From: an uncultured Clostridia bacterium
GTDB taxonomy: Bacteria > Bacillota > Clostridia > TANB77 > CAG-508
Reading direction: 5' to 3'
DNA length: 60,132 bases
Assembly: GCA_934184665.1 (NCBI GenBank)
Contig: CAKPSX010000005.1
Coordinates: 1 to 60,132, forward strand
Shown here: positions 19,359 through 29,230 of the stretch, piece by piece
Position numbering within the stretch: position 1 is the first letter of the stretch
Layout: the number at the start of each line of letters is the position of its first letter
Made by a program: the position numbers and the translations under genes
The notes under the pieces: generated by a model
Told to the model about the DNA's origin: nothing
Seen by the model: only the letters and a program-made list of their open reading frames with translations
Database searches by the model: none

Positions 19359-19700
19359 ATGGCAAAAAGAGGTGGATTCCCAGGAATGGGCGGATTCGGA
19401 GGAATGAATATAAATAATTTAATGAAAGAGGCAAAAAAGATGCAAGCTGATTTAGAAAAAACACAAACAGAACTTGCACAAAAAGAGTTTGAGGCATCTG
19501 CTGGGGGAGGAGCTGTTACAGTAAAAGTAACTGGACAAAAAGATATAAAAGAATTAAGAATACAAAAAGATGTAGTAGATCCAGATGATGTAGAAATGTT
19601 AGAAGATTTAATATTAACATGTATAAACCAAGCTTTTAAACAAGTAGATGATGCACAAGCAACATCAATGGGTAAATATAATATACCAGGTTTAATGTAA
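19359..19700 (+). CDS. ybaB: YbaB/EbfC-family nucleoid-associated protein
   Basis: Contains NINNLMKEAKKMQADLEKTQTELAQKEFEASAGGGAVTVKVTG. It sits in the conserved dnaX-ybaB-recR order. Confidence 0.9.
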   Translation: MAKRGGFPGMGGFGGMNINNLMKEAKKMQADLEKTQTELAQKEFEASAGGGAVTVKVTGQKDIKELRIQKDVVDPDDVEMLEDLILTCINQAFKQVDDAQATSMGKYNIPGLM

Positions 19701-19721
19701 TTTACTAAGGGGAGAAAAATA

Positions 19722-20321
19722 ATGTCATATTATTCGCCATCAATAGAGAAACTTATAGAAGCATTTGAAAAATTGCCAAGTATCGGAAATAAAACTGCTG
19801 CAAGATTAGCTTTTTATATGCTAAATTCTTCAAAAGAAGAAACAGATGAGTTTGTGTCAGCAATTATAAATGCCAAAAAGAATTTAAAATATTGTAGTAA
19901 ATGTTATAATATATCTGATACAGATCCTTGCACAATATGTGGAAATCCAAAAAGGGATCAAACAGTTATATGCGTAGTAGAAGATGTAAGAGACATTATT
20001 GCAATGGAAAGAACACACGAGTTTAAAGGAGTTTATCATGTTTTACATGGTTCTATATCTCCAATGAATGGAATAGGTCCAGAAGATATTAAAATAAAAG
20101 AATTACTTGCAAGATTAATGGATGGGCAAGTAAAAGAGATAATATTAGCCACAAACCCTAGGGTTGAGGGAGAGGCAACTGCTATGTATTTATCAAAATT
20201 AATCAAACCATTGGGAATAAAGGTGACAAGAATTGCACATGGAATTCCTGTTGGTGGAGATTTGGAATACACAGATGAAATTACTCTAACAAAAGCGCTA
20301 GAAGGTAGAAGAGAACTTTAA
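19722..20321 (+). CDS. recR: Recombination protein RecR
   Basis: Contains [21 protein letters not shown], the zinc finger [16 protein letters not shown], and a Toprim region. Confidence 0.95.
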   Translation: MSYYSPSIEKLIEAFEKLPSIGNKTAARLAFYMLNSSKEETDEFVSAIINAKKNLKYCSKCYNISDTDPCTICGNPKRDQTVICVVEDVRDIIAMERTHEFKGVYHVLHGSISPMNGIGPEDIKIKELLARLMDGQVKEIILATNPRVEGEATAMYLSKLIKPLGIKVTRIAHGIPVGGDLEYTDEITLTKALEGRREL

Positions 20322-20477
20322 TTATCTGGTTGATGCTAAAAGTGCAAGATTATCACCTAGTGATGTAACAAAGGCGGCAAGAATAATTAAATCTTCTGTT
20401 TCGAATTGTTCACTAATAAGTATTGCTAAAGAAGCAGAAAGCCCGACTAAATTATAACCAGAACAATTATTATCCAT
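20322..20477 (-). CDS. Small hypothetical protein (51 aa), below the track's length cutoff
   Basis: The reverse-strand ORF reads MDNNCSGYNLVGLSASLAILISEQFETEDLIILAAFVTSLGDNLALLASTR. ATG (complement of 20475-20477) is preceded by gaggtgg. It resembles small Clostridial proteins with an ..LGD.LA.. tail, but I cannot name a family. Confidence 0.4.
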   Translation of the reverse strand: MDNNCSGYNLVGLSASLAILISEQFETEDLIILAAFVTSLGDNLALLASTR

Positions 20478-20484
20478 AAAAAAC

Positions 20485-20515
20485 CACCTCACATTAGTAT
20501 ATGAGGTGATTTTTT
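20485..20515. terminator. Bidirectional hairpin terminator (recR side and glycosyltransferase side)
   Basis: Stem cacctca (20485-20491) / tgaggtg (20502-20508) with a 10-nt loop. A6 lies on the left and T6 on the right, so both strands read stem plus U tract. Confidence 0.65.
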
Positions 20516-20686
20516 ATGTGTTACAGGGTTGAAAAAGAATTACAATTTTGAACCGTGTCAACTTTCATTTAAAACGCGGTTACATATAGATACATATGCG
20601 CCATTGCCTTTTAAATAAAAGTTTCCTTGCCAAAATTTAATTCTTTTCTAACCAAGATTTGCATCTTTAGGTAGGAATGAGACTAA

Positions 20687-21817
20687 TTATGAATTTTCAA
20701 GTATGATTTTGCAAATATCTTTTGTAGAATTTTTCTTTGAAAGAATTCTAGCTCTGATTTTCATTTCACGCATTTTTATAGGGTCAGAAAATAAGTCATT
20801 AAGTATTTGCTCAACATCATCATTTTCTTTTATCCAAATGGCAACTTTACTCTTTTCAAGATATGTAGCATTTTCTTCTTCTTGACCAGGGATTGGGTTT
20901 ATAACAACAATTGGCAAACCAGAAGCTAAGCTTTCAGTAGTAGTAAGTCCACCAGGTTTGGTAACTACTAAATCAGAAATACTCATAAGTTCAGGAATTT
21001 TATCGGTATATGATAAAACCTTAACATGGTCTTGTTTCCCTAGCTCATCAACAATATGTTCAAAATTTTCTTTCATTTTTGGATTTTTACCTGATATAGC
21101 TACAATCTGGATATTATTATTATTTTCTATAAAAGTTTTGAAAATCTTAAAGATTTTAGACTTACCTAATCCAAACTCTCCACCTCCGAAGAAAAGGATT
21201 GTTTTTCTATCAGGTGATAAACCAAAACTCTTTAAAATTTCTTCTTTATTATATCTTAATAAAAATTTATTAGAAAGAGGAATACCAGTTGCATAAATTT
21301 TATTTAATGGGATTCCCTTTTCATGTAATTGCATTTTCATTTCTTCGTGTGAAACAAAGTAGTAATCAACATATTCATTAAGTTCAAGCCATTGGTCATG
21401 TGGAGCGTAATCAGTCATAACTGTTGCAATTTTACAATCAAGTTTTCCTAATTTTTTTAAGTATGCACACATTTGAGTACCGAATGGGTGTGTTGAAATA
21501 ACTATATCTGGTTTAAAATCTTGTAACAATTTATTTAATTTAATTGCTAACATTTTATTTGATGTTAGACTTATTTGTGCGAGAGGTCCTGTTTGAGATT
21601 TCCAATAAACTTTCCCCCATGCACGTGGTACTTTTTTTGCCATTTCAGAATATGCAACAGTAGTTACTTTATTAACTATTTTATTAACATATTCCATACA
21701 ATCTATTAACCTAATATCAATATCTTCATAATTTGCTTCAATATATTCTTTTATTGAACGTGCGGCAGATAAATGACCTCCGCCATAAGAAGCATAAAAA
21801 ACAATTATTTTTTTCAT
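20687..21817 (-). CDS. MGDG-synthase-family (GT28) diacylglycerol glycosyltransferase, UgtP-like
   Basis: MKKIIVFYASYGGGHLSAARSIKEY is the typical N-terminus of this family. The C-terminal GT-B half contains TKPGGLTTTESLASGLP. The likely start is ATG at 21817, not the track's 21901. Confidence 0.8.
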   Translation of the reverse strand: MKKIIVFYASYGGGHLSAARSIKEYIEANYEDIDIRLIDCMEYVNKIVNKVTTVAYSEMAKKVPRAWGKVYWKSQTGPLAQISLTSNKMLAIKLNKLLQDFKPDIVISTHPFGTQMCAYLKKLGKLDCKIATVMTDYAPHDQWLELNEYVDYYFVSHEEMKMQLHEKGIPLNKIYATGIPLSNKFLLRYNKEEILKSFGLSPDRKTILFFGGGEFGLGKSKIFKIFKTFIENNNNIQIVAISGKNPKMKENFEHIVDELGKQDHVKVLSYTDKIPELMSISDLVVTKPGGLTTTESLASGLPIVVINPIPGQEEENATYLEKSKVAIWIKENDDVEQILNDLFSDPIKMREMKIRARILSKKNSTKDICKIILENS

Positions 21818-21969
21818 ATAAATTCCCCTTGTTTTAGTACGATAGTTACATTTTAACATAAAAATACAAAGTATTGTATATTTTTTGAAAAAAAAAACCA
21901 AAATAATAACAAAGTGATGTTACAAAAGTATTAATATATGTGAGTTTTGTAACAAAAATAGGAGGTATT

Positions 21970-23301
21970 ATGAAAAATAATAAGGTTTGGATTATTATAA
22001 CAATTATATTGATAATTGTAGTTGGGGTGCTTGTATATTGTTTAAATAAGGAGAAACAACAATGTACAAATATGAAAGAAAACAAATATAATATGGCACT
22101 TTATGAAGTTGTAGATTATGTTCAAGATGTAAAAATGTATTTAGCGAAAGCGATGATTTCTAAAACAGCTGAACATGAAGCTGATATGTTAACACATGTA
22201 TGGAAAGAATCTAATTTAGCACAATCTTATTTAGGAATGTTGCCAGTGGAAAGCCAAGAACTTGAAAACACTGAAAAATTTTTGAATCAAGTAAGTGAAT
22301 ATAGCTATTATTTGTCAAGAAAAAATATAGAAGGTAATGCTTTTTCAGAGGACGAAACAAATAAAGTAAAAGAGCTTTATGATTATAGTAAAGATTTATC
22401 GAATACATTAAATGAAATGTTAAATGAAGTAAATGCTGGAACAATAAAATGGAGTGATTTAACAAATAATAAAGAAGGCTCAGATATAGCGGAAATAGGC
22501 TCTTTCAAAGTTGTAGAAAATAATTTCCATGAATATTCAGGACTAATATATGATGGTGCTTTTTCAGAGCATATAACAAGTGCAGAGAAAATGGGTCTAA
22601 CAGGAGACGATATTGATGAAGAACAAGCAAAACAAAAAGCAGAAGAGTTTGTTGGAAAAGACAAAATAAAAAATACACAAAACAATGGTTATGTTGAAAA
22701 TGGAAATATACCAGTTTACAGATTTGAAATAACAACAAATGAAGATAAGAAAGTAGGAATATCAATTAGTAAAAAAGGTGGACATATTGTAAGTTTAAAT
22801 TATGACAGGGAAGTAAATGATGAAAAAATAAGTGAGCAAGATGCGGTAGAAAAAGGAAAGGAATATTTATCAGAAAAAGGTTATAACAATATGAAAGAAA
22901 CGTATTATCTAAAAGAAAATGGTTTTATAACAGTAAATTATGCATATAATCAAGATAATGTTGTAATGTATGCTGATTTAATAAAAGTAAAAATAGCATT
23001 AGATAATGGGGAAGTAATTGGATTAGATGCAACAGGATATTTAAACTGTCATCATGAAAGACAATTACCAAAACCTGCCATATCTGTAGAAGAAGCAAAA
23101 AAGAATTTAAGTAATAAAATTGAAATAAAAAGTGAAGGATTATCAATGATTCCAACAGAATGGCGTTCAGAAAAATTTTGTTATGAATTTAAAGGAAAAA
23201 TTGATGATATAGATTTTATAGCATATATAAATGCTGAAACAGGAAAAGAAGAAGATATTTTAATTATTATAAATACACCTAATGGAACATTAACGGAATA
23301 A
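21970..23301 (+). CDS. ypeB: Germination protein YpeB (PepSY domains)
   Basis: - An N-terminal TM segment is present.
- The pattern ...YNMALYEVVDYVQDV...VWKESNLAQSYLGMLP...EKFLNQVSEYSYYLS resembles Bacillus YpeB.
- PepSY-like repeats occur in the C-terminal half.
- ATG 21970 follows ataggaggt. Confidence 0.75.
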   Translation: MKNNKVWIIITIILIIVVGVLVYCLNKEKQQCTNMKENKYNMALYEVVDYVQDVKMYLAKAMISKTAEHEADMLTHVWKESNLAQSYLGMLPVESQELENTEKFLNQVSEYSYYLSRKNIEGNAFSEDETNKVKELYDYSKDLSNTLNEMLNEVNAGTIKWSDLTNNKEGSDIAEIGSFKVVENNFHEYSGLIYDGAFSEHITSAEKMGLTGDDIDEEQAKQKAEEFVGKDKIKNTQNNGYVENGNIPVYRFEITTNEDKKVGISISKKGGHIVSLNYDREVNDEKISEQDAVEKGKEYLSEKGYNNMKETYYLKENGFITVNYAYNQDNVVMYADLIKVKIALDNGEVIGLDATGYLNCHHERQLPKPAISVEEAKKNLSNKIEIKSEGLSMIPTEWRSEKFCYEFKGKIDDIDFIAYINAETGKEEDILIIINTPNGTLTE

Positions 23302-23434
23302 TTAGAAAAAATTGAAAAAATAAATTTTATATAATTGTCAATAATATAATCGAAGAAGTTAAATAACTTCTTTAAATAGACAAGTTTGTTTAGCGGTCCG
23401 TATAACAGATAAATTGGAAAGGAACGAGTCACGT

Positions 23435-23614
23435 ATGTCTAGAAACAACAAACTAATATCTGAAAATTTACGTACAGAAATAGCAAAAGAATTAGGTGTA
23501 TATGAACAAGTAAAAAATGATGGTGGAAGTTGGGAAAACGTATCATCAAAGACTTGTGGAAGCATTGTTTCAAAAGCTATAGAGATTGCAAATAGAGCAG
23601 TTGAAGGTAAATAG
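23435..23614 (+). CDS. Small acid-soluble spore protein, alpha/beta type
   Basis: Contains MSRNNKLISENLRTEIAKELGVYEQV...GSWENVSSKTCGSIVSKAIEIA, including the conserved germination-protease-site region and DNA-binding motifs. Confidence 0.9.
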   Translation: MSRNNKLISENLRTEIAKELGVYEQVKNDGGSWENVSSKTCGSIVSKAIEIANRAVEGK

Positions 23615-23629
23615 ATTTTAGATGATGAT

Positions 23630-23673
23630 GAGTCAATAAAGTAAACTATAATTTGGGTTTATTTTATTGACTC
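23630..23673 (+). terminator. Hairpin after the SASP gene
   Basis: gagtcaataaa (23630-23640) pairs with tttattgactc (23663-23673). The loop is 22 nt and T-rich sequence follows. Confidence 0.45.
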
Positions 23674-23754
23674 TATTTATTGCAATAATTAGAAAATTGG
23701 AATATAATAGAACAAAATATAAGGTAAACACCTTAGGGAAGGAATGAAACAATT

Positions 23755-25134
23755 ATGAGAGAGATTAATGTTAGAGATATAATAAAAGTAACAAATGGAA
23801 AATTAGTGCTAGGAGAAGAAAACGCTGAATGCATAAATTTTTCAAAAGATACGAGAACAATACAAAATGGAGATATATACATTGGTATTAAAGGGGAAAA
23901 ATTTGATGGAAATATGTTTTGGAAAGAAGCATTAGAAAATGGAGCAAAAGGTGTAATAATTCAGAATGCGGAGATTTCTCAAGAAGAAAAAAATACATAT
24001 CATGACAAAATAATAATAGTTGTAAAAGATACTATAGAATCATTAAAGGAAATTGCAAAATTTAAGAGGAGTTTATACAATATACCTGTTGTAGCAGTTA
24101 CTGGAAGTGTAGGAAAAACAAGTACAAAAGATATAATTGCAAGTGTTGTGAGTCAAAAATATAAAACACTAAAAACAGAAGGAAATAATAATAATAACAT
24201 AGGGTTACCATTAACAATTTTAAAATTAAGAAATCATGAAGCAGCTGTTATAGAAATGGGAATGAACCATTTAAGAGAAATTGCTTATTTAACAGATATT
24301 GCAAAACCAACATTGTCAGTTATAACAAATGTAGGAACTTCACATATAGGGTATTTAGGCTCAAGAGAAAATATTTTAAAGGCAAAACTTGAAATTTTAG
24401 AAGGTATGGAAACGCCAGAGATAATAATAAATAATGATAATGATTTATTACATAAATGGTATGAGGAGAACAAAGACAAAATTAAAATACATACATATGG
24501 AATAGAAAATGAGAGTGAATTAAATGCTAAAAACATAAAAATGAATGAAGATAGTAGTGAATTTAGTGTTAAATTTAATGGGGAAAATGTCAATATAGAA
24601 GTTCCCGTTGGTGGTGAACATTTTATTTATAATGCTTTATGTGCCACAGAAGTTGGTAAAACCTTAGGGCTATCAAAAGAACAGATAGTAAAAGGAATAA
24701 AAGAAGTCGAATTAACCAAAAAGAGAATGGATATAAGAACATTAGAAAATGGTGCAATATTAATAAATGATAGTTATAATGCAAGTTATGAATCAATGTC
24801 AGCAAGCATAAAATATCTGGCTAATCATAATGGAAAAAGAAAAATCGCTGTTTTAGGTGATATGTTTGAACTTGGAGAATATTCAAAAGAAATACATACA
24901 AATGTAGGAAAACTAGTAGCACAATACAATATAGATGTTTTGATTTGCGAGGGTGAAGCATCAAAAGATATAATAAAAGGTGCAACAGAAAATAATTCTA
25001 AAATTGAAACATATTTGTTAAATAGCAATGATGAAATATTGTCAAAATTAAAAAAAGACTTAAGAGATGGAGATATTGTTTTGGTAAAAGCATCAAATGG
25101 AATGAAATTTTACGAAATTTGCCAAAAACTATAG
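23755..25134 (+). CDS. murF: UDP-N-acetylmuramoyl-tripeptide--D-alanyl-D-alanine ligase
   Basis: Contains the TGSVGKTSTKD P-loop, Mur-ligase middle and C-terminal domain patterns, and DSYNAS. Confidence 0.9.
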   Translation: MREINVRDIIKVTNGKLVLGEENAECINFSKDTRTIQNGDIYIGIKGEKFDGNMFWKEALENGAKGVIIQNAEISQEEKNTYHDKIIIVVKDTIESLKEIAKFKRSLYNIPVVAVTGSVGKTSTKDIIASVVSQKYKTLKTEGNNNNNIGLPLTILKLRNHEAAVIEMGMNHLREIAYLTDIAKPTLSVITNVGTSHIGYLGSRENILKAKLEILEGMETPEIIINNDNDLLHKWYEENKDKIKIHTYGIENESELNAKNIKMNEDSSEFSVKFNGENVNIEVPVGGEHFIYNALCATEVGKTLGLSKEQIVKGIKEVELTKKRMDIRTLENGAILINDSYNASYESMSASIKYLANHNGKRKIAVLGDMFELGEYSKEIHTNVGKLVAQYNIDVLICEGEASKDIIKGATENNSKIETYLLNSNDEILSKLKKDLRDGDIVLVKASNGMKFYEICQKL

Positions 25135-25188
25135 ATTTTTGAAAAATAAATTGATATAATACATGTACCAATTTTTGGAGGATGTCAA

Positions 25189-26070
25189 ATGAAATTTAAG
25201 GATTATTACAAAATATTAGAATTAGATACAAATAGAGTAACTATTGAAGAAATAAAGGCAGCTTATAGAAAACAAGCCAAAAGGTATCATCCAGATGTTA
25301 ATGTTGGTAGTAAACTTGCAGAAGAGAAAATAAAAGATATAAACGAAGCATATAAAGTACTATCAGACGTAACGTCTAAGAGAAAATATGATAGAACATG
25401 GAATTGTAATGTAAAAAACATGAAAAGAAAACAGAAAACATCAGGAGAGATGGCAGGTAGTTTTTTAAATATGTTCTTTGGAGATAACCAAATAAAAGAA
25501 GAAATTGCTCAAAGTAAACTTGAGCCTCAAAGAGGAGAAGATATACAAACATCAATAAATATAACAATTGAAGAAGGCTTTTTTGGTACTGATAAAAAAA
25601 TAATTTTGAAAAATGTGGAAGGTAAAGACAAAAAAATAGACTTACAAGTACCAGAAGGAATAAAAGATGGAGAGCAAATACGAATAATTGGTCAAGGAAA
25701 AGAAGGAAAAAATGGCGGAAAAAATGGAGATTTATACATAAAAATAAATATAGAAAATGGACAGAAGTATATATTAAAGGGAAATGACTTATATACAGTA
25801 ATTCCAATAACGCCATGGGAAGCGGCATTAGGAGCAAAAGCAAAAGTAGCATCAATAGATGATACCAAAACACAAATTTTTATCCCTAGTGGGATACAGT
25901 CAGGAGAAACAATAGAAATACCACAAAAAGGTTATAAAACTAAATATGGAGAAAGAGGTAATTTAATAGCACAAATAAGAATTGTGGTACCAGATAAACT
26001 GACTAAAGAAGAAGTTGAAGAATTTAAAAAATTAAAACAAATATCAAAATTTAATCCTAGAAGAGTTTAA
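25189..26070 (+). CDS. J-domain co-chaperone lacking the zinc-finger region (CbpA-like)
   Basis: Contains KDYYKILELDTNRVTIEEIKAAYRKQAKRYHPDVN (HPD motif) and a DnaJ C-terminal-type beta domain. No CxxCxGxG repeats are present. Confidence 0.8.
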   Translation: MKFKDYYKILELDTNRVTIEEIKAAYRKQAKRYHPDVNVGSKLAEEKIKDINEAYKVLSDVTSKRKYDRTWNCNVKNMKRKQKTSGEMAGSFLNMFFGDNQIKEEIAQSKLEPQRGEDIQTSINITIEEGFFGTDKKIILKNVEGKDKKIDLQVPEGIKDGEQIRIIGQGKEGKNGGKNGDLYIKINIENGQKYILKGNDLYTVIPITPWEAALGAKAKVASIDDTKTQIFIPSGIQSGETIEIPQKGYKTKYGERGNLIAQIRIVVPDKLTKEEVEEFKKLKQISKFNPRRV

Positions 26071-26096
26071 GTATTAGGTGCAAATAGACTACAAGC

Positions 26097-26125
26097 TTGA
26101 CAATTTAGTTGTATTTTGCTATAAT
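26097..26125 (+). promoter_or_regulatory. Consensus sigma-A-type promoter upstream of the three-gene coupling-protein cluster
   Basis: TTGACA (26097-26102), a 17-nt spacer, then TATAAT (26120-26125). This leaves a ~95-nt leader before ATG 26226. Confidence 0.7.
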
Positions 26126-26225
26126 TAAGTATGTGAGTTCATGCAACGGGAAAGTAATACTCTCCTATTGCCCTAAACATAAGACAAGCTATGGATTAAA
26201 TCATAGGGAATGAGGTGTAAATTTT

Positions 26226-26753
26226 ATGGAGATGTTACAAGGTAAACATTTCAGTATAACAGATCCAAAAGGAGTAAATACAGTAATTTATCAAGTTAAT
26301 AAAACAAAAAAGGAATTTTTAAAAGATTATCCTAAATATACAGTTGAGAGGTTAGATTTTACAGAAGAACTTAGAGGAGAAAATTCTAGAAAAACCTTTT
26401 ATGTTGATGAGCCACAAACAAATGGGAATCGATTAGTTATATTATCATTTGGAAAAGAGAGTGTAGTAATAAACTCTGGAATACTAATTGATGATGAAGT
26501 TAGAATATCAAAGACACCAACACCATTTAAATTTAATACATTATATTCAGAAGAAGAACAGGAATTTAAAGAATTTAACTATACCCCAAATATGAAAAGA
26601 GATATTTGTGTTATAGACCCTGAAACTACAGAAGAATTAAGACCTAGACTTTATTTTGATGAGAAAGAAAATAAAGTAAAGGGAAGATGCAAATTAAAAC
26701 CATATAAATCTTATTTCGCATTTGAAATAAGAGAGGATGATGGAAAAGTTTAA
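26226..26753 (+). CDS. Hypothetical protein (175 aa), first gene of the coupling-protein cluster
   Basis: ORF with SD gaggtg upstream. No family recognised. Confidence 0.5.
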   Translation: MEMLQGKHFSITDPKGVNTVIYQVNKTKKEFLKDYPKYTVERLDFTEELRGENSRKTFYVDEPQTNGNRLVILSFGKESVVINSGILIDDEVRISKTPTPFKFNTLYSEEEQEFKEFNYTPNMKRDICVIDPETTEELRPRLYFDEKENKVKGRCKLKPYKSYFAFEIREDDGKV

Positions 26754-26768
26754 GGAGGTCAATTTACT

Positions 26769-27065
26769 ATGGCAGAAAGCACAGTAAATGAAAGAAGGTT
26801 CCCAAAAGAAATAACAGACACAGATGGGATTAAAGATGGAGAAGCAAAATTTTATTATATTAAGTTGGAACCAAATGAAAAGTGTAAAATAAGGGCAAAG
26901 AAAAATGAGAAAAAGCCTAGTATACCTTTCATTGAAACTTCAAGAAGAGATGGACAAATTAGTAATGAAACAAAGGAATATGTAGCTGTTAAAGTATATC
27001 CTGCAGGAAAGCCTAAAAAAGAGAAAGAAATAAAAAAGATAGAGATTGATGAAAAGTCATACTAA
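26769..27065 (+). CDS. Hypothetical lysine-rich protein (98 aa)
   Basis: ORF with SD aaggagg upstream, tightly spaced between its neighbours. No family recognised. Confidence 0.5.
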   Translation: MAESTVNERRFPKEITDTDGIKDGEAKFYYIKLEPNEKCKIRAKKNEKKPSIPFIETSRRDGQISNETKEYVAVKVYPAGKPKKEKEIKKIEIDEKSY

Positions 27066-27098
27066 AATAATTTTAACCAAAGAGAAGGTGATTTTACT

Positions 27099-29150
27099 AT
27101 GAACTATAAAGTAGAAGGTGCGATAAGAAGAAATAAAAAATATTTTATAATTTTTGCCATACTATGGCTATTTGCAGCCATAGTATTAATCATGCCTGCG
27201 GTACTTGGATTTAATGCTGGTATGAATGGACAAGATCCAATAGAAGTATTTGTAGGAGCAATGACAAATCCGATAAAAAGTCTAGGGCAGCTTGCAACAC
27301 AGCACTTATTTGCTCAGTATTTTAAAGCATTAGGTGGATTTACAATAATATTTGCATTATTTTTTGTAATAGGAATTGCAAGATCAGCACCTAAAAGCGA
27401 ATATACAGACTTTGAACATGGATCAAGTGATTGGAGCAAAAATGGAGAACAATATCAAGTATTAAGCAATAAAAAAGGAATAATATTAGCAGAAGACAAT
27501 TATTTACCTGTTGATAAAAGGGGTAATGTTAATGTATTAGTAGTCGGTGGTTCAGGTTCTGGTAAATCTGCATCATATTCAATACCAAATGCATACCAAA
27601 TGCTAGGGTCATACGTGTTTACAGACCCTAAAGGTGAACTTTATGACAAAACAGCAGGATTTTTAAAAGAAAATGGATATGACATAAAAGTATTAAATCT
27701 TGTAAAACCACAAAATAGTGATGGATATAATCCATTAATGCATATATCATCAGAAATAGATGTTGATGTTATTGCAAACACAATAGTAAAAGGTCAAAAA
27801 ACAGGAGATGGTGGGTCAGACCCATTCTGGGATGATTCAGCAGAAATGTTATTAAAAGCATTAATATATTATTTACTTGCAACAAGACCTGAAGAAGAAC
27901 AAAATTTAGCAAGTTGTGCTGAATTGGTTAGAGCAGCAAATTCGAATGGTGGAAGTAACTTACTTACTGAATTAATTAGTAAACTTCCTTATGACCACCC
28001 AGCAAGAATGAACTATAAATCAATTGAAATAGCACCAGAAAAAACATATAGTTCAATATTAAGTACATTACAATCAAAATTAGGAAAGTTCGACTCAAAG
28101 GAAATTGCAGAAGTAACATCAACAGATACAATAAATTTCGAAGATATTGGAAACAAGAAAACAGCGGTTTATGTTATATCTTCAGATACACATACAGCAT
28201 ATGATTTCTTATTAACAATATTTTTCTCACAAATGATACAACAATTATATAATTATGCAGATGATAATGGCGGAAAATTAAAAGTTCCAACATATTTTAT
28301 ATTAGACGAGTTCGCAAATATAGGTAAAGTGCCAGACTTTGATAAAAAAATATCAACATCAAGAAGTAGAAAAATATCATTTAGTGTAATATTACAAAAC
28401 TTAGACCAATTAGAGGCAGTATATGAAAAATCATATGAAACTATAATTGGTAACTGTGATACACACGTATTCTTGGGCAGTAACTCTTATAAAACTGTTG
28501 AATATTTCTCAAAAGCTCTTGGTGAAAAAACAATTGAAAGAGATAGTATATCAGTAAACAAAGATAGACAATATTTTAGAACTGGTATAAGTAAATCAGA
28601 CCAAGTTATGGCAAGAGCATTGATGACACCTGATGAATTAAGAAGAATGGATAATGATTTATGTATTATATTTGAAAAAGGTATAAGGCCTGTAAAAGCA
28701 AATAAATTCTATTATTTTAAACATAAAAAAATAGTAAATGCACTTGCTAAAACAGAAATGAGTCATAATGCTACAAGAGATTTAAAAAGAGGAGAATGGA
28801 GAAAATTCAATCCATATAATCCTTGGACAGAAGATAAATCAGAAAAAGAGGCACAAGACTTAAAGGTTGAATCTTTAGATGATTTATTTGAAGAAAAGCA
28901 AGATGAAAACACTGTAAAAGAAGTTAAAAAGGAAACAAAAAGGAAAACACCAGTAAAAAAAGAAGAACAAAAACAAGAAGAAATACAATCAATAGATAGT
29001 TTATTTGATGATGAATTAGAGTCAATTCCAACAGATTCAACAAATAATGTATCAAATGCAATTCAAGAGGAAGAAGAAGATTCTTATGATTTACAAAAAG
29101 AATTAGAGGCAAAGTTTGATGAATTATTTGGCCCAATTGATGATAATTAA
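27099..29150 (+). CDS. Type IV secretion coupling protein, VirD4/TraG family
   Basis: - Two N-terminal TM helices are present.
- Walker A is VVGGSGSGKSASYSIPN.
- The Walker B context is YFILDEFANIG.
- The C-terminal tail is acidic and Lys-rich. Confidence 0.8.
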   Translation: MNYKVEGAIRRNKKYFIIFAILWLFAAIVLIMPAVLGFNAGMNGQDPIEVFVGAMTNPIKSLGQLATQHLFAQYFKALGGFTIIFALFFVIGIARSAPKSEYTDFEHGSSDWSKNGEQYQVLSNKKGIILAEDNYLPVDKRGNVNVLVVGGSGSGKSASYSIPNAYQMLGSYVFTDPKGELYDKTAGFLKENGYDIKVLNLVKPQNSDGYNPLMHISSEIDVDVIANTIVKGQKTGDGGSDPFWDDSAEMLLKALIYYLLATRPEEEQNLASCAELVRAANSNGGSNLLTELISKLPYDHPARMNYKSIEIAPEKTYSSILSTLQSKLGKFDSKEIAEVTSTDTINFEDIGNKKTAVYVISSDTHTAYDFLLTIFFSQMIQQLYNYADDNGGKLKVPTYFILDEFANIGKVPDFDKKISTSRSRKISFSVILQNLDQLEAVYEKSYETIIGNCDTHVFLGSNSYKTVEYFSKALGEKTIERDSISVNKDRQYFRTGISKSDQVMARALMTPDELRRMDNDLCIIFEKGIRPVKANKFYYFKHKKIVNALAKTEMSHNATRDLKRGEWRKFNPYNPWTEDKSEKEAQDLKVESLDDLFEEKQDENTVKEVKKETKRKTPVKKEEQKQEEIQSIDSLFDDELESIPTDSTNNVSNAIQEEEEDSYDLQKELEAKFDELFGPIDDN

Positions 29151-29156
29151 AAATAA

Positions 29157-29193
29157 CCCTAGGTAATCAATATTAGATATGCCTAGGGCTTTT
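29157..29193. terminator. Hairpin between the convergent coupling-protein and TetR genes
   Basis: ccctagg (29157-29163) pairs with cctaggg (29182-29188). The loop is 18 nt and ctttta follows. Confidence 0.5.
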
Positions 29194-29230
29194 ATATGAT
29201 TAAAATCAACGGACTCATCAATATTTGCTT

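Noticed and set aside
23302-23434. Sigma-G-type forespore promoter upstream of the SASP gene
   Set aside because: Such a promoter is expected biologically. However, I could not align a convincing GnATA(A/G)-17/18-CATnnTA pair by eye. Only a gtataa element lies about 40 nt from the ATG, so no promoter is called.
26132-26225. Riboswitch-like leader upstream of the coupling-protein cluster
   Set aside because: Only short local hairpins are present (ctatg/catag within cccta/taggg). It does not resemble any riboswitch class I can recognise from sequence.
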